Assembly (NCBI GenBank): GCA_030696465.1
Contig: JAUYSE010000200.1
Span: 1-41,043 of the forward strand
DNA: 41,043 nt
DNA from: Legionellaceae bacterium
GTDB lineage: Bacteria; Pseudomonadota; Gammaproteobacteria; Legionellales; Legionellaceae
Direction: 5' to 3'
Part shown: one piece after another, positions 11,419 to 20,878 of the stretch
Layout: each line of letters opens with the position of its first letter
How positions within the stretch are numbered: position 1 is the stretch's first letter
Notes under the pieces: generated by a model
Told to the model about the DNA's origin: nothing
What the model saw: the letters and a program-made list of their open reading frames with translations, nothing else
The model's database searches: none
Program-made: the position numbers and the translations under genes

Positions 11419-11918
11419 ACATACTGCTCCAAAATCACCTCTAATGATTCTGGGGTTAAGTGCTCATGATATTCTTTATTAATTTGCATCATTGGCGCAC
11501 CAACACAAGCGCCTAAACACTCTACTGCGCGCAGCGTAAAACGTCCATCAGCGGTGGTTTCGCCTAAACGAACCCCTAACTTGCGCTCTAATGCACTGAT
11601 AATGCTTGAACTATCACAGAGTTTACAAGAAATGTTCGTACATACATTAATAAGATGGCGCCCGATAGGTGCTGGCTCATACATGGTATAAAAACTAGCA
11701 ACTTCGTATACGGCAATCCGCGGCATTTGCAAATAATCAGCAATTGCATCCATCGATTCTGTCGTTAAAAACCCTTTTTCTTCTTGGACAATACGTAGGG
11801 TACTCATCACCGCTGATTGTCGCTCTTCTACTGGATATTTTTGAATCCAGGTATCAATTTCTTGTAAACGCTCTGCAGAAACCATCTGTGGTAACGTCTG
11901 CGCTATCTCTTGAGACAT
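11415..11918 (-). CDS. nuoE: NADH-quinone oxidoreductase subunit E (2Fe-2S)
   Basis: 167 aa with the Cys ligands [10 protein letters not shown] ... [12 protein letters not shown]. Confidence 0.95.
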   Translation of the reverse strand: MSQEIAQTLPQMVSAERLQEIDTWIQKYPVEERQSAVMSTLRIVQEEKGFLTTESMDAIADYLQMPRIAVYEVASFYTMYEPAPIGRHLINVCTNISCKLCDSSSIISALERKLGVRLGETTADGRFTLRAVECLGACVGAPMMQINKEYHEHLTPESLEVILEQYV

Positions 11919-11948
11919 AGGTCAACACCTTTAAATAATTTATAGGAA

Positions 11949-13202
11949 TTAGCGGTCTACTTCCCCAAACACAATATCTTGGCTGGCTAAAATAGCCACT
12001 GCGTCAGCCAACATATGTCCCTCAGACATCATGCTTAAACTAGAAAGATGTGCAAACCCTGGTGCCCGAATTTTTAAACGATAGGGTTTATTCGCGCCAT
12101 CTGAAACCATGTATATCCCGAACTCTCCTTTTGGAGCTTCCACCGCACGATACACTTCTCCCTCAGGCAGACAAAATCCCTCGGTAAATAATTTAAAGTG
12201 ATGGATTAAGGCTTCCATATCTTCTTTCATGACCGCACGTGATGGAGGACTCACTTTATGGGAGTCGACTTTAATCGGACCAGGATGTTTCCGCAACCAT
12301 TCGATACACTGTCGAATAATGCGATTTGACTGCCGCATTTCTTCCATACGCACTAAATAACGATCATAACAATCGCCATTTTTGCCCACGGGAATATCAA
12401 AATCTACTTCTGAGTACATTGCATAACTTTGTTTTTTACGCAAATCCCACTCTACACCAGAACCTCGGAGCATTGGGCCCGTAAAGCCCCATTGCAAAGC
12501 CTGCTCTGGAGAAACCACACCGATATCTACGGTGCGTTGTTTCCATATTCTATTATCGGTTAATAAGGTTTCATATTCATCGACACATTTTGGAAAACGT
12601 TCGGTAAACGCCCATAAAAAATCCAGTAAACCACCTTGTCGATCTTGATTGCGTTTATCGGTTTCACGTTCGGAGTGCCAGTGAGACGCTTTATATTGTG
12701 GCATGGTATCGGGTAAATCTCGAGCAACCCCACCTGGACGATAATAGGTCGCATGCATACGCGCACCCGAAACCGCCTCATAGCAATCAAACAAATCTTC
12801 GCGTTCGCGAAAACAATATAAAAACACCGTCATCGCACCAATATCTAAGGCAATCGCGCCCAACCATAACAAATGATTTAAAATACGGGTAACTTCATCA
12901 AACATCGTGCGAATGTATTGCGCGCGTATCGGAATATCTAAATCTAAAAAAGCCTCGATGGTTCGCACATAAGCATGTTCATTACACATCATTGATACAT
13001 AATCGAGACGATCCATATAACCAATATTGTGTAAATAAGGCTTGGTCTCTACCAACTTTTCGGTAGCGCGATGTAATAAGCCAATATGTGGATCCGCACG
13101 AACAATGGTTTCGCCTTCTAATTCTAATACTAAACGTAAAACACCATGGGCAGCCGGATGTTGAGGACCAAAATTTAAGGTATAATTTTTAATTTCTGTC
13201 AT
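11949..13202 (-). CDS. nuoD: NADH-quinone oxidoreductase subunit D
   Basis: 417 aa with an N-terminus ([16 protein letters not shown]) and C-terminus (IVFGEVDR) typical of NuoD/49-kDa subunit. It is a separate gene, not fused to nuoC. Confidence 0.96.
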   Translation of the reverse strand: MTEIKNYTLNFGPQHPAAHGVLRLVLELEGETIVRADPHIGLLHRATEKLVETKPYLHNIGYMDRLDYVSMMCNEHAYVRTIEAFLDLDIPIRAQYIRTMFDEVTRILNHLLWLGAIALDIGAMTVFLYCFREREDLFDCYEAVSGARMHATYYRPGGVARDLPDTMPQYKASHWHSERETDKRNQDRQGGLLDFLWAFTERFPKCVDEYETLLTDNRIWKQRTVDIGVVSPEQALQWGFTGPMLRGSGVEWDLRKKQSYAMYSEVDFDIPVGKNGDCYDRYLVRMEEMRQSNRIIRQCIEWLRKHPGPIKVDSHKVSPPSRAVMKEDMEALIHHFKLFTEGFCLPEGEVYRAVEAPKGEFGIYMVSDGANKPYRLKIRAPGFAHLSSLSMMSEGHMLADAVAILASQDIVFGEVDR

Positions 13203-14023
13203 GGCTTCTCTCCTGCTTCGTCGATATAACGACTATCATGACGAATCACTTTCGGCACAGTCACTCTTGGGACAATATCTACAGGTTCGTACACAACACG
13301 TGCCAACGTGGCATCATAACGCATTTCAACATAACCACTCACAGGAAAGTCTTTGCGAAAAGGATGGCCTATAAATCCGTAATCCGTCAAAATACGACGT
13401 AAATCAGGATGGTTGTCAAATAAAATACCAAATAAATCGAAGGCTTCACGCTCAAACCAATTAGCACCTGGCCAAATATCATGAACCGAAGGGATACACA
13501 AATTTGGTTCGTCGAAATATACTTTTACACGTAAGCGATAATTATGAACCGTAGACAATAAGTGATACACCACCGCAAACCGCGGCAACTTCTTCGCAAT
13601 TGAATGATCGGTGTTGTTGCAAGTGCGCTCGCCATCGGTCATGGACACAGAGCTCACTCCCTCGGCTTGCTTGCTTGCACTTTCAGCACTGTTATATGCT
13701 GCTGCTTCTTGCCGAAAATCCCATTGTTGGGAATGCATATCGACATATTCTTTAGGCGCAACACCACGGCAAAAACCTTGGGTTGTAGCTTCCTCAGTTT
13801 CCCAGTCGTATCTTCCATAGCTTAAATAATCAACGGCACATAGATCAATCAGTTGATCAAATGAAAATGTATCTCGCAAGCGCAACAAGGCAGCATGGAT
13901 GGTTGAAACCTCTAACACTAAAGTCAGCTCTCGATATGCCATCACTAACTCTTGAATATCGCTCGAAAATGCTGTGCGGATTTTTTTTTCTAGAGCGCTA
14001 AGCTTTTTATTTATCTGCGTCAT
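13199..14023 (-). CDS. nuoC: NADH-quinone oxidoreductase subunit C, 274 aa, carrying a roughly 45-residue in-frame insertion derived from a family-1 repeat
   Basis: Conserved NuoC blocks are present ([49 protein letters not shown]). I moved the start to the ATG at 14023, which is preceded by the AAGGAG RBS (gtaaggagaaaatagagATG). The track ORF start at 14143 would overlap nuoB by more than 100 nt. Confidence 0.9.
   Translation of the reverse strand: MTQINKKLSALEKKIRTAFSSDIQELVMAYRELTLVLEVSTIHAALLRLRDTFSFDQLIDLCAVDYLSYGRYDWETEEATTQGFCRGVAPKEYVDMHSQQWDFRQEAAAYNSAESASKQAEGVSSVSMTDGERTCNNTDHSIAKKLPRFAVVYHLLSTVHNYRLRVKVYFDEPNLCIPSVHDIWPGANWFEREAFDLFGILFDNHPDLRRILTDYGFIGHPFRKDFPVSGYVEMRYDATLARVVYEPVDIVPRVTVPKVIRHDSRYIDEAGEKP
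13585..13739. mobile_element. Family-1 MITE-like element copy embedded in frame in nuoC (boundaries +/- 5 bp)
   Basis: The core at 13610-13667 matches 3161-3218 at 50/58 nt by hand alignment. Degenerate ends (acttcttcgcaattgaatgatcgg and gccgaaaatcccattgttgggaatgcata) align to both terminal repeats of the intergenic copies. Confidence 0.7.
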
Positions 14024-14036
14024 CTCTATTTTCTCC

Positions 14037-14522
14037 TTACTCGCCAATATCGATGACCGATTTTCTTTGAATTTTATTTTGTAATTGAATGATGCCATAC
14101 AATAAAGCTTCTGCTGTCGGAGGACAGCCTGGTACATAAACATCTACCGGCACAATCCGATCACAACCACGCACTACAGAATAAGAATAATGATAATAGC
14201 CACCGCCATTGGCACAGGAACCCATAGAAATAACCCAGCGTGGTTCTGCCATTTGGTCATACACTTTTCGAAGGGCTGGTGCCATTTTATTACAGAGAGT
14301 CCCTGCCACAATCATGACATCCGATTGCCGCGGACTTGGTCTAAATATAATACCAAAACGATCTAAGTCGTAACGAGAAGCCCCTGTGTGCATCATTTCT
14401 ACCGCACAACAAGCTAAACCAAAAGTAACAGGCCACATAGAGCCTGTTCTCGCCCATCCCACTAGAGACTCTAGCGAGGTTGTTACAAAACCTTGCTGTT
14501 GAAGTTCTGCTGCATCAATCAT
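14037..14522 (-). CDS. nuoB: NADH-quinone oxidoreductase subunit B (N2 [4Fe-4S])
   Basis: 161 aa with [10 protein letters not shown] and [12 protein letters not shown] motifs. Confidence 0.96.
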   Translation of the reverse strand: MIDAAELQQQGFVTTSLESLVGWARTGSMWPVTFGLACCAVEMMHTGASRYDLDRFGIIFRPSPRQSDVMIVAGTLCNKMAPALRKVYDQMAEPRWVISMGSCANGGGYYHYSYSVVRGCDRIVPVDVYVPGCPPTAEALLYGIIQLQNKIQRKSVIDIGE

Positions 14523-14537
14523 GCTTTCCTCGTATAA

Positions 14538-14894
14538 TCAATCCCACTCCAGGGCACCACGTTTCCATTCATATATAAAACCAAGCACCAGCAATCCTAA
14601 AAAGAGCATCATTGCGCCAAAGGCAAAAACGCCTACTGAACGTAACACTAATGCCCACGGAAAAAAGAACGCTGTTTCTAAGTCAAAAATAATAAATAAA
14701 ATAGCCACTAAATAAAAACGCACATCAAATGGTAAACGCGCATCCCCGAACTCAGGAAAACCGCACTCGTAAGGTGAGTTTTTTTCGGCATCTGGCGCAT
14801 GCTTTCCGAGCAAACCACCAACACCTAATAATAACAATCCAAACACTAACGCAACAAAAATAAAAATTAATATAGGTAAGTATTGTCCTAGCAT
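14538..14894 (-). CDS. nuoA: NADH-quinone oxidoreductase subunit A
   Basis: 118-aa protein with 3 TM segments ([17 protein letters not shown]); first gene of the operon. Confidence 0.95.
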   Translation of the reverse strand: MLGQYLPILIFIFVALVFGLLLLGVGGLLGKHAPDAEKNSPYECGFPEFGDARLPFDVRFYLVAILFIIFDLETAFFFPWALVLRSVGVFAFGAMMLFLGLLVLGFIYEWKRGALEWD

Positions 14895-14912
14895 TTAGGT
14901 ATCGCTCATTTT

Positions 14913-14955
14913 TCTGTGAGTGTATACGCTTCGCAATTGAATTGCTGTGAGTATA
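14913..14955. repeat. Family-1 element remnant (right-end fragments only) between nuoA and tRNA-Leu
   Basis: cgcttcgcaattgaattgctgtgagtata (14927-14955) matches the right end cgcctagtcgaaaattcaattgctgtgagtata of the copy at 15069-15153. It is preceded by a second end-like ctgtgagtgtata. Confidence 0.55.
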
Positions 14956-14976
14956 GACACAGTATGTATTAAAAAA

Positions 14977-15061
14977 TGGTGCCGAAAGCCGGACTCGAAC
15001 CGGCACGGCTTACGCCACCGCCCCCTCAAGACGGCGTGTCTACCAATTCCACCACTTCGGC
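14977..15061 (-). tRNA. leuU: tRNA-Leu, anticodon GAG, 85 nt with long variable arm and encoded CCA
   Basis: The reverse complement reads GCCGAAGTGGTGGAATTGGTAGACACGCCGTCTTGAGGGGGCGGTGGCGTAAGCCGTGCCGGTTCGAGTCCGGCTTTCGGCACCA. It has an acceptor stem GCCGAAG/CTTTCGGC, anticodon stem CCGTC/GGCGG with loop TTGAGGG, and a T-arm GGTTCGAGTCC. The position downstream of secG matches E. coli secG-leuU. Confidence 0.93.
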
Positions 15062-15068
15062 ACAGAAA

Positions 15069-15153
15069 CTACACTCTTCACACTTGAGTTTTCGGCGTTG
15101 TTGCAACCTCTCTCGCTTGCGCCTAGTCGAAAATTCAATTGCTGTGAGTATAC
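15069..15153. mobile_element. Family-1 MITE-like element, short variant (85 bp, internal deletion of about 42 nt) between secG and tRNA-Leu
   Basis: It runs from ctacactcttcacacttgagttttcggcgttgttgca to cgcctagtcgaaaattcaattgctgtgagtatac. Both termini are near-identical to the 3136-3262 copy, and the ends are mutually inverted. Confidence 0.75.
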
Positions 15154-15159
15154 TTTTTA

Positions 15160-15549
15160 CTACTTCGGCTCAGGAAGCTCTTCTTGGGCCGATTTTGCTC
15201 CCTTACTCACAGGCACCGGAATATCATTTGAAGGGAGGGTTACACTCCGATGCACGGGCACATCCGACGACGGTACTGTGCCTGATTTTGGGACCACTTG
15301 CAACTGAGCGTGTTGATACTCAGTTGACACTATATAAGACAAAGTCAGACTGGTAATAAAAAACGCCAATCCAAGCCCTGCCGTCATTCGAAATAAAAAT
15401 CCACCAGCCCCTTGGCTGCCAAAAACGGTATTAGAGGCGCCTGATCCAAATGAGGCGCCAATATCAGCACCCTTTCCATATTGAATTAACACCAGGCCCA
15501 CCAACATAAGTGCAACAAACATATGCACCATTAATACTATTTGATACAT
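15160..15549 (-). CDS. secG: Preprotein translocase subunit SecG
   Basis: 129 aa with two TM segments and the Gly-rich linker GKGADIGASFGSGASNTVFGSQGAGGFL, followed by a Pro-rich tail. Its start overlaps the tpiA stop by 13 nt. Confidence 0.9.
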   Translation of the reverse strand: MYQIVLMVHMFVALMLVGLVLIQYGKGADIGASFGSGASNTVFGSQGAGGFLFRMTAGLGLAFFITSLTLSYIVSTEYQHAQLQVVPKSGTVPSSDVPVHRSVTLPSNDIPVPVSKGAKSAQEELPEPK

Positions 15550-16283
15550 GATAAAATACCTAAAAACGATTCCACTTTCAAAGAAGCTCCACCCACTAGC
15601 ATGCCATTAATATCTGGCATTTCTAATAAATGCGACGCATTCTCCGGCGTTACACTGCCTCCATACAAAATTGGAAGCTTCGACGCAATTAACGCACCCA
15701 AACACGCCTCGACTTGAGAACGTATATATTGATGCGTATCCTGTGCTTGCATTGGTGTTGCTGCTTGACCTGTACCAATAGCCCATATTGGCTCGTACGC
15801 CAATAGCCAGGGTTTTGTTAGTGTTTTGGTCAAACACACGGCTTCTATTTGTCTTTTCAGAACAGTCTCTGTCGCCCCTGCCAAACGCGCTTCCAACGAC
15901 TCACCAATACAAAGAATGGGGATCATATCATGTTCTTGTACATGATGGAATTTTTGCGCAACAAATTCATCGGTTTCTTGAAACAAGGATCGACGCTCAG
16001 AATGTCCTACTAATACATAACGACATCCAAATTCTTGTAGCATAGGGGCTGAAATTTCACCCGTGACTGCTCCCGCATTCAAAGGATAAACATTTTGCGC
16101 GCCTAACGCAATTGGCAGTCCCTGCAAACCACTTTGTACACATTCTAAAAAAGAAACTGGCGGTAATATAACCGCTTGCGATAACTGCGCCATTTTAGAT
16201 GCCCGCAACGCTTCTAGAAACCCTTTCACAAAAGAAAGGCTCCCGTGCATTTTCCAATTACCGACGATCAAAGGACCGCTCAT
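15537..16283 (-). CDS. tpiA: Triosephosphate isomerase
   Basis: 248 aa with NWKMHG, VGHSERR and AYEPIWAIGTG motifs. Confidence 0.95.
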   Translation of the reverse strand: MSGPLIVGNWKMHGSLSFVKGFLEALRASKMAQLSQAVILPPVSFLECVQSGLQGLPIALGAQNVYPLNAGAVTGEISAPMLQEFGCRYVLVGHSERRSLFQETDEFVAQKFHHVQEHDMIPILCIGESLEARLAGATETVLKRQIEAVCLTKTLTKPWLLAYEPIWAIGTGQAATPMQAQDTHQYIRSQVEACLGALIASKLPILYGGSVTPENASHLLEMPDINGMLVGGASLKVESFLGILSCIK

Positions 16284-16360
16284 AGATATTCCCTATCACA
16301 ATTGCGCAGGCGACTATACCCTAAATAAGTATCTTCATGCAAGTCCAACTAAAATTTTCA

Positions 16361-16428
16361 CAGCCATTCCCGCCCAACCCAAAAACTTTGCCGACAAGAC
16401 TTTTCGAATAAAGGGCTTCGGATAGATC
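16361..16428. repeat. Family-2 element, truncated copy (left half only) in the tpiA/rph divergent intergenic region
   Basis: cagccattcccgcccaacccaaaaactttgccgacaagacttttcgaataaagggcttcggatag aligns to the left halves of the 180-bp copies at 26074 and 39449. No matching right arm follows. Confidence 0.6.
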
Positions 16429-16532
16429 GTGCTAATTTTACACATAAGATGCGTTTACCCTGAGAATTTATACAATCCTTGCCCTCCTGCACCTCTACGT
16501 TTATACTTCGCCTTTTCTAAGGATTTTCTTCC

Positions 16533-17249
16533 ATGCGCCCCAGTCGTCGTGAACACAATCAACTGCGTCCTATTCAATTTACACGTCACTATACGCAACA
16601 TGCTGAAGGCTCAGTTTTGGTTGAATTTGGACAAACCAAAGTTCTTTGTACCGCTTCCGTTATTGAGGGCGTTCCACGCTTTCTCAAAGGGAAGAAACAA
16701 GGCTGGATCACCGCAGAATATAGTATGCTGCCCCGCTCTACGCATAGTCGTATTGAAAGAGAAGCTGTGAAAGGCAAACAAAGTGGGCGTACCGCAGAAA
16801 TTCAACGTTTAATTGGTCGTTCATTACGTACTTGTTTCGACATGAAAGTGCTTGGCGAAACCACCATTACGCTCGATTGCGATGTATTACAAGCAGATGG
16901 CGGCACTCGAACTGCGGCAATTACTGGCAGCTGTGTCGCACTTTGGGATGCCCTCAACTGGATGCTTTCTCGCGAAAAAATCAAACGATTTCCCGCCTTT
17001 CAATTTATCGCGGCTGTTTCTGTCGGTCTTTATCGAGGACAAGCCGTTCTTGATCTAGATTATGCCGAAGATGTCCTCGCAGAAACCGACATGAACATTG
17101 TCATGGATGAACAAGGGAAGTTTATTGAAATTCAAGGAACCGGCGAATCTAAAAGCTTTTCTAAAGAAGAATTACTCAGCTTTATTGAGCTTGGACAAGC
17201 AGGAATATCCGAGATTATTGCACAACAAAGAAAGAGTGTAGAAGGCTGA
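16533..17249 (+). CDS. rph: Ribonuclease PH
   Basis: 238 aa with [14 protein letters not shown]... and [13 protein letters not shown] motifs. An AAGGA RBS lies upstream. Confidence 0.95.
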   Translation: MRPSRREHNQLRPIQFTRHYTQHAEGSVLVEFGQTKVLCTASVIEGVPRFLKGKKQGWITAEYSMLPRSTHSRIEREAVKGKQSGRTAEIQRLIGRSLRTCFDMKVLGETTITLDCDVLQADGGTRTAAITGSCVALWDALNWMLSREKIKRFPAFQFIAAVSVGLYRGQAVLDLDYAEDVLAETDMNIVMDEQGKFIEIQGTGESKSFSKEELLSFIELGQAGISEIIAQQRKSVEG

Positions 17250-17250
17250 A

Positions 17251-18222
17251 CTACCTCCGCCCTTTTTCTTCACATAATCTAAAAAATGAAGCATAGCGCT
17301 CGCGGGAACATAAACCGGCCTGCAGCGCCTGCTGAATACCACATCCAGGTGTATTCTCTACGTGAGAGCAATTTCTAAACTTACAATTTGCGGCATATTG
17401 TCTTAAATCTCGAAATCCATACAAAATATCCGATACCGGCATCGGCCAAATATCAAACGAGCGCACCCCAGGAGAATCAATCAAAGCCCCTCCCTTGGGT
17501 AACCAATACCAACGAGAATTTGTGGTGGTATGTCGACCATGGACTTCCGCAATGCTAGAATCTGCAATGCGCAACTGCTCATGCGGTAATACACTACTAA
17601 TGAGGGAGGACTTTCCTACACCAGACTGCCCTGCCATAACAGACACCTGCCCAGATAAACTTTCCTCCAACGAGCCTAATTTTCCCTGATGCTGTGATGC
17701 CATACAGATAGAATATCCCATCGGGGCATAAATTTTATGTAATGTCTTAACAATGTTTTCACAAGGAAGATCAGTTTTATTTAATACAATACCGACGGTC
17801 ACATTTAAATGCTCTGCTACCACCAAATAACTATCTAATACCGGCCACAACACCAAAGGCTCTACGGCAATGACTATCAGTATTTGTGTAATATTTGCCG
17901 CCACTGGTTTCGGAGCACCTCGAGGCTGGGCGCGCATTAAAGCGGCTGTACGCGGATGAACACTGACAATAACACCTTGTTCTTTGCCGGCCGCTAGTTG
18001 CCACACTACTCGATCCCCTGCCACGAGATCTTCTACGTGCGTCCGTAAGCTGCATAAAAAACGGCGCCCATCCTCCGCCTCTACTTCCGCATTATGTCCA
18101 AAACGAGCCACTACCAATCCTGGCAACAAGGAAATATCGCCATCTTCCTCTGCTTGTAAAGATTTTTTTTGTAGCGCCTGAATCCGCGTACGTTGCTGTA
18201 ACGAAATTTTTCTTTTAGACAT
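17251..18222 (-). CDS. rsgA: Ribosome small-subunit-dependent GTPase A
   Basis: 323 aa with a circularly permuted GTPase (LNKTDL ... GQSGVGKSSLI) and a C-terminal zinc motif CKFRNCSHVENTPGC. Confidence 0.93.
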   Translation of the reverse strand: MSKRKISLQQRTRIQALQKKSLQAEEDGDISLLPGLVVARFGHNAEVEAEDGRRFLCSLRTHVEDLVAGDRVVWQLAAGKEQGVIVSVHPRTAALMRAQPRGAPKPVAANITQILIVIAVEPLVLWPVLDSYLVVAEHLNVTVGIVLNKTDLPCENIVKTLHKIYAPMGYSICMASQHQGKLGSLEESLSGQVSVMAGQSGVGKSSLISSVLPHEQLRIADSSIAEVHGRHTTTNSRWYWLPKGGALIDSPGVRSFDIWPMPVSDILYGFRDLRQYAANCKFRNCSHVENTPGCGIQQALQAGLCSRERYASFFRLCEEKGRR

Positions 18223-18327
18223 TAACCTTCATACTACATAAAATGGAAAGTACCACCATACTAGATTAGAAAATATTGTCAATTGCTGTTAAAATATTTC
18301 GCATGCTTAATTACTCAATGACTCTGT

Positions 18328-19578
18328 GTGAAAATTTATCTAGTTGGTGGCGCCGTTCGTGATAGCTTGTTAGGTTTACCGATACAAGAACGTGATTGGG
18401 TCGTGGTTGGTGCCACCCCGCAAGACCTATTGTCAAAAGGTTTTGAGACTGTCGGCCGTGATTTTCCGGTTTTTTTACATCCTAAAAGCAAAGAGGAATA
18501 TGCCTTAGCCCGCACCGAGCGCAAATCTGGTTCGGGATATACTGGTTTTATATGTGACAGCCAACCCAATATTACTTTAGAAGAAGATCTTTCTAGACGT
18601 GACCTCACTATCAATGCGATAGCACAAGATCCCAACGGCCAATTGATTGATCCTTTTCAAGGTCAAAAAGATATCCAAGCAAAAATTTTACGTCATGTTT
18701 CCCCTGCATTTATCGAAGATCCCGTACGCGTGTTACGAGTGGCGCGATTTATGGCACGATTTCACTCACTCGGATTCACTCTCGCAGCAGAAACCCGACA
18801 ACTCATGACCCATATGGTGCAACAGGGAGAATTGGAGCATCTTACCCCAGAACGTGTCTTTCTCGAATGGCAAAAAAGCCTGCAAGAAAAAAACCCTGAG
18901 CAATTTATCCTGACCTTACGTGCGTGCGGTGCTTTACGTGTAGTGCTTCCAGAGTTAAATACACTCTTTGGCGTACCACAACAAAATACTCTTTTTAGCA
19001 ACAAAGACTGCGGAATGCATACCCTCCAAGCTTTACAAAATGCGAGTATGCTCAGTTTAGATCCTCAGGTACGTTTTAGTGCAATCACCACTCTCTTAGG
19101 TAAAGCCTTAACTTCGCCCTCGCAATGGCCAGAACATCCTGACTATCCAGCACATAGCGTGACACTCATTGCCCGCATGGCAAAACGCCTACGCATCCCT
19201 AAACTATATAGTGAAATCGCACAAAAAACTGCTCTGCTGCATGCACCCCTTGCGAAACGGGCACAGCTTTCCGCTGAAGAATTATTCCAACTCTTGCAGC
19301 AAAGTGATGCCTTTCGTAAACCGCAGCTCTTCATGCAGATATTACTCGCCAGCCAAGCCCAAGAAATCTACGCGCAGCAATCAGATGCTCAGACAAGGAG
19401 CGTCGCTCTTCTTGCTTGGGGGGAGTCACTACTAAAAACCTGTCTACAGCTTAATTTACAAAGCATTATTCACTCTGGATTAACCGGAGAAGCCCTAGGT
19501 GCGGCTATTCGTAAAGCCCGCATAGACCACCTTCAAAAAAACTTTCTTAAAAAGGACGCTCATGTCAGTAAAAAGTAA
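18328..19578 (+). CDS. cca: Multifunctional CCA-adding enzyme (tRNA nucleotidyltransferase), GTG start
   Basis: 416 aa with [28 protein letters not shown] and RDLTINA motifs. Confidence 0.93.
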   Translation: MKIYLVGGAVRDSLLGLPIQERDWVVVGATPQDLLSKGFETVGRDFPVFLHPKSKEEYALARTERKSGSGYTGFICDSQPNITLEEDLSRRDLTINAIAQDPNGQLIDPFQGQKDIQAKILRHVSPAFIEDPVRVLRVARFMARFHSLGFTLAAETRQLMTHMVQQGELEHLTPERVFLEWQKSLQEKNPEQFILTLRACGALRVVLPELNTLFGVPQQNTLFSNKDCGMHTLQALQNASMLSLDPQVRFSAITTLLGKALTSPSQWPEHPDYPAHSVTLIARMAKRLRIPKLYSEIAQKTALLHAPLAKRAQLSAEELFQLLQQSDAFRKPQLFMQILLASQAQEIYAQQSDAQTRSVALLAWGESLLKTCLQLNLQSIIHSGLTGEALGAAIRKARIDHLQKNFLKKDAHVSKK

Positions 19579-20113
19579 TAGTAATTTAATCTGGATTGAT
19601 TTAGAAATGACCGGTCTTTATCCTGAGCATGATCGAATCATAGAAATTGCCACGGTGGTCACCAATAGCCAACTCGAGATTTTAGCGGAGGGACCTGTCC
19701 TTGCCATCCATCAAGCACCAAATCACCTCAGTGCGATGGATGAATGGAACACCAAACAACATAATCGCTCCGGCCTTGTGTCTCGCGTACAAAATAGTGA
19801 TATCACTGAAAGAGCAGCAGAACTCGAAACCATTATGTTCCTAAGTCAATATATAGACAAAGGTTACTCCCCTATGTGTGGTAACAGTATTTGCCAAGAC
19901 CGACGATTTTTATATAAGTATATGCCTGAATTGGCTTACTATTTTCATTATAGAAACTTAGATGTGAGTACGCTAAAAGAACTGGCTCAACGTTGGCGCC
20001 CTAACCTAATGAAAGGCTTCAAAAAAGAATCGCAACATTTGGCTCTACAAGATATCCGAGATTCTATTGATGAATTAAAATTCTACCGAGAACATTTTCT
20101 ACAGTTGGAGTAA
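19562..20113 (+). CDS. orn: Oligoribonuclease
   Basis: 183-aa DEDDh exonuclease ([33 protein letters not shown]). It overlaps the cca stop by 17 nt. Confidence 0.94.
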   Translation: MSVKSNSNLIWIDLEMTGLYPEHDRIIEIATVVTNSQLEILAEGPVLAIHQAPNHLSAMDEWNTKQHNRSGLVSRVQNSDITERAAELETIMFLSQYIDKGYSPMCGNSICQDRRFLYKYMPELAYYFHYRNLDVSTLKELAQRWRPNLMKGFKKESQHLALQDIRDSIDELKFYREHFLQLE

Positions 20114-20115
20114 CC

Positions 20116-20787
20116 ATGGAACGCACCCTTTTAACCCTGCCCAATGAGGCGGATCGCCTATTATTACACTCCTGTTGCGCTCCTTGTTCTGGAGAAGTAA
20201 TGGAGGCTCTGTTATTTTCTAAGATTGATTTCACTATTTTCTTTTACAACCCGAATATTCATCCTCAGCAAGAATATGAAATTCGTAAAGAAGAAAATGT
20301 CCGTTTTGCGGAGAAACATAACATTACTCTCATTGATGCTGATTATGATAAAGATAACTGGTTTGAACGCGTGAAAGGACTAGAATGGGAACCCGAGCGG
20401 GGCAAACGATGTACGGCTTGCTTTGATATGCGTTTTGAAAGGACGGCGCTCTACGCGCATGAACATGGGTTTCCGCTTATCTCCAGCTCTTTAGGTATTT
20501 CTCGTTGGAAAAACATGGAGCAAATCAACGACTGTGGTGTACGTGCCGCCAATCGTTATCCTAATCTCAGTTATTGGACTTACAATTGGCGTAAAGACGG
20601 TGGCTCAAGTCGGATGTATGATATTGCTAAACGTGAAAACTTTTATCAACAAGAATATTGTGGTTGCGTTTACTCTTTAAGAGATACGAATGCTTGGCGT
20701 AAAAAAAACCAGCGAGATCGTATTAAAATTGGTGAGCAGTATTATCAGTGCTCGTTGGTGTCGTCTGACAAGAACTGCGAAGCCTAA
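20116..20787 (+). CDS. queH: Epoxyqueuosine reductase QueH (DUF208)
   Basis: 223 aa with [35 protein letters not shown] and YCGCVYS motifs, characteristic of DUF208/QueH. Confidence 0.85.
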   Translation: MERTLLTLPNEADRLLLHSCCAPCSGEVMEALLFSKIDFTIFFYNPNIHPQQEYEIRKEENVRFAEKHNITLIDADYDKDNWFERVKGLEWEPERGKRCTACFDMRFERTALYAHEHGFPLISSSLGISRWKNMEQINDCGVRAANRYPNLSYWTYNWRKDGGSSRMYDIAKRENFYQQEYCGCVYSLRDTNAWRKKNQRDRIKIGEQYYQCSLVSSDKNCEA

Positions 20788-20799
20788 GAAGTTTTGCAC

Positions 20800-20868
20800 G
20801 TTGCGACCATTAGGATGCAGAGCAGTTGATAAGACTGTTTAACTGCTCCGCTTCCTAACGGTCGCGAC
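20800..20868. terminator. Long imperfect hairpin (28-nt arms, 13-nt loop) between convergent queH and bamA; possible bidirectional terminator or REP-like element
   Basis: gttgcgaccattaggatgcagagcagtt (20800-20827) pairs with aactgctccgcttcctaacggtcgcgac (20841-20868) at 24 of 28 positions, and one mismatch is a G-U wobble. There is no clear U-tract on either side. Confidence 0.5.
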
Positions 20869-20878
20869 TCGGATCAAC

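Noticed and set aside
14024-14143. N-terminal 40-codon extension of the nuoC ORF in the track
   Set aside because: It would overlap nuoB by more than 100 nt. The internal ATG at 14023 has a strong AAGGAG RBS just after the nuoB stop and gives a canonical NuoC N-terminus.
14976-15356. 126-aa plus-strand ORF
   Set aside because: It is antisense to tRNA-Leu, the repeat and secG, and is an artefact of an open frame.
16339-16349. 11-mer gcaagtccaac shared upstream of two family-2 copies (also at 26012-26022)
   Set aside because: The distances from the element ends differ (about 11 versus about 51 nt) and there is no further similarity, so it is probably chance.
16429-16770. 113-aa plus-strand ORF upstream of and overlapping rph
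   Set aside because: It is out of frame with the well-supported rph, starts inside the family-2 remnant, and has no RBS or recognisable domain.
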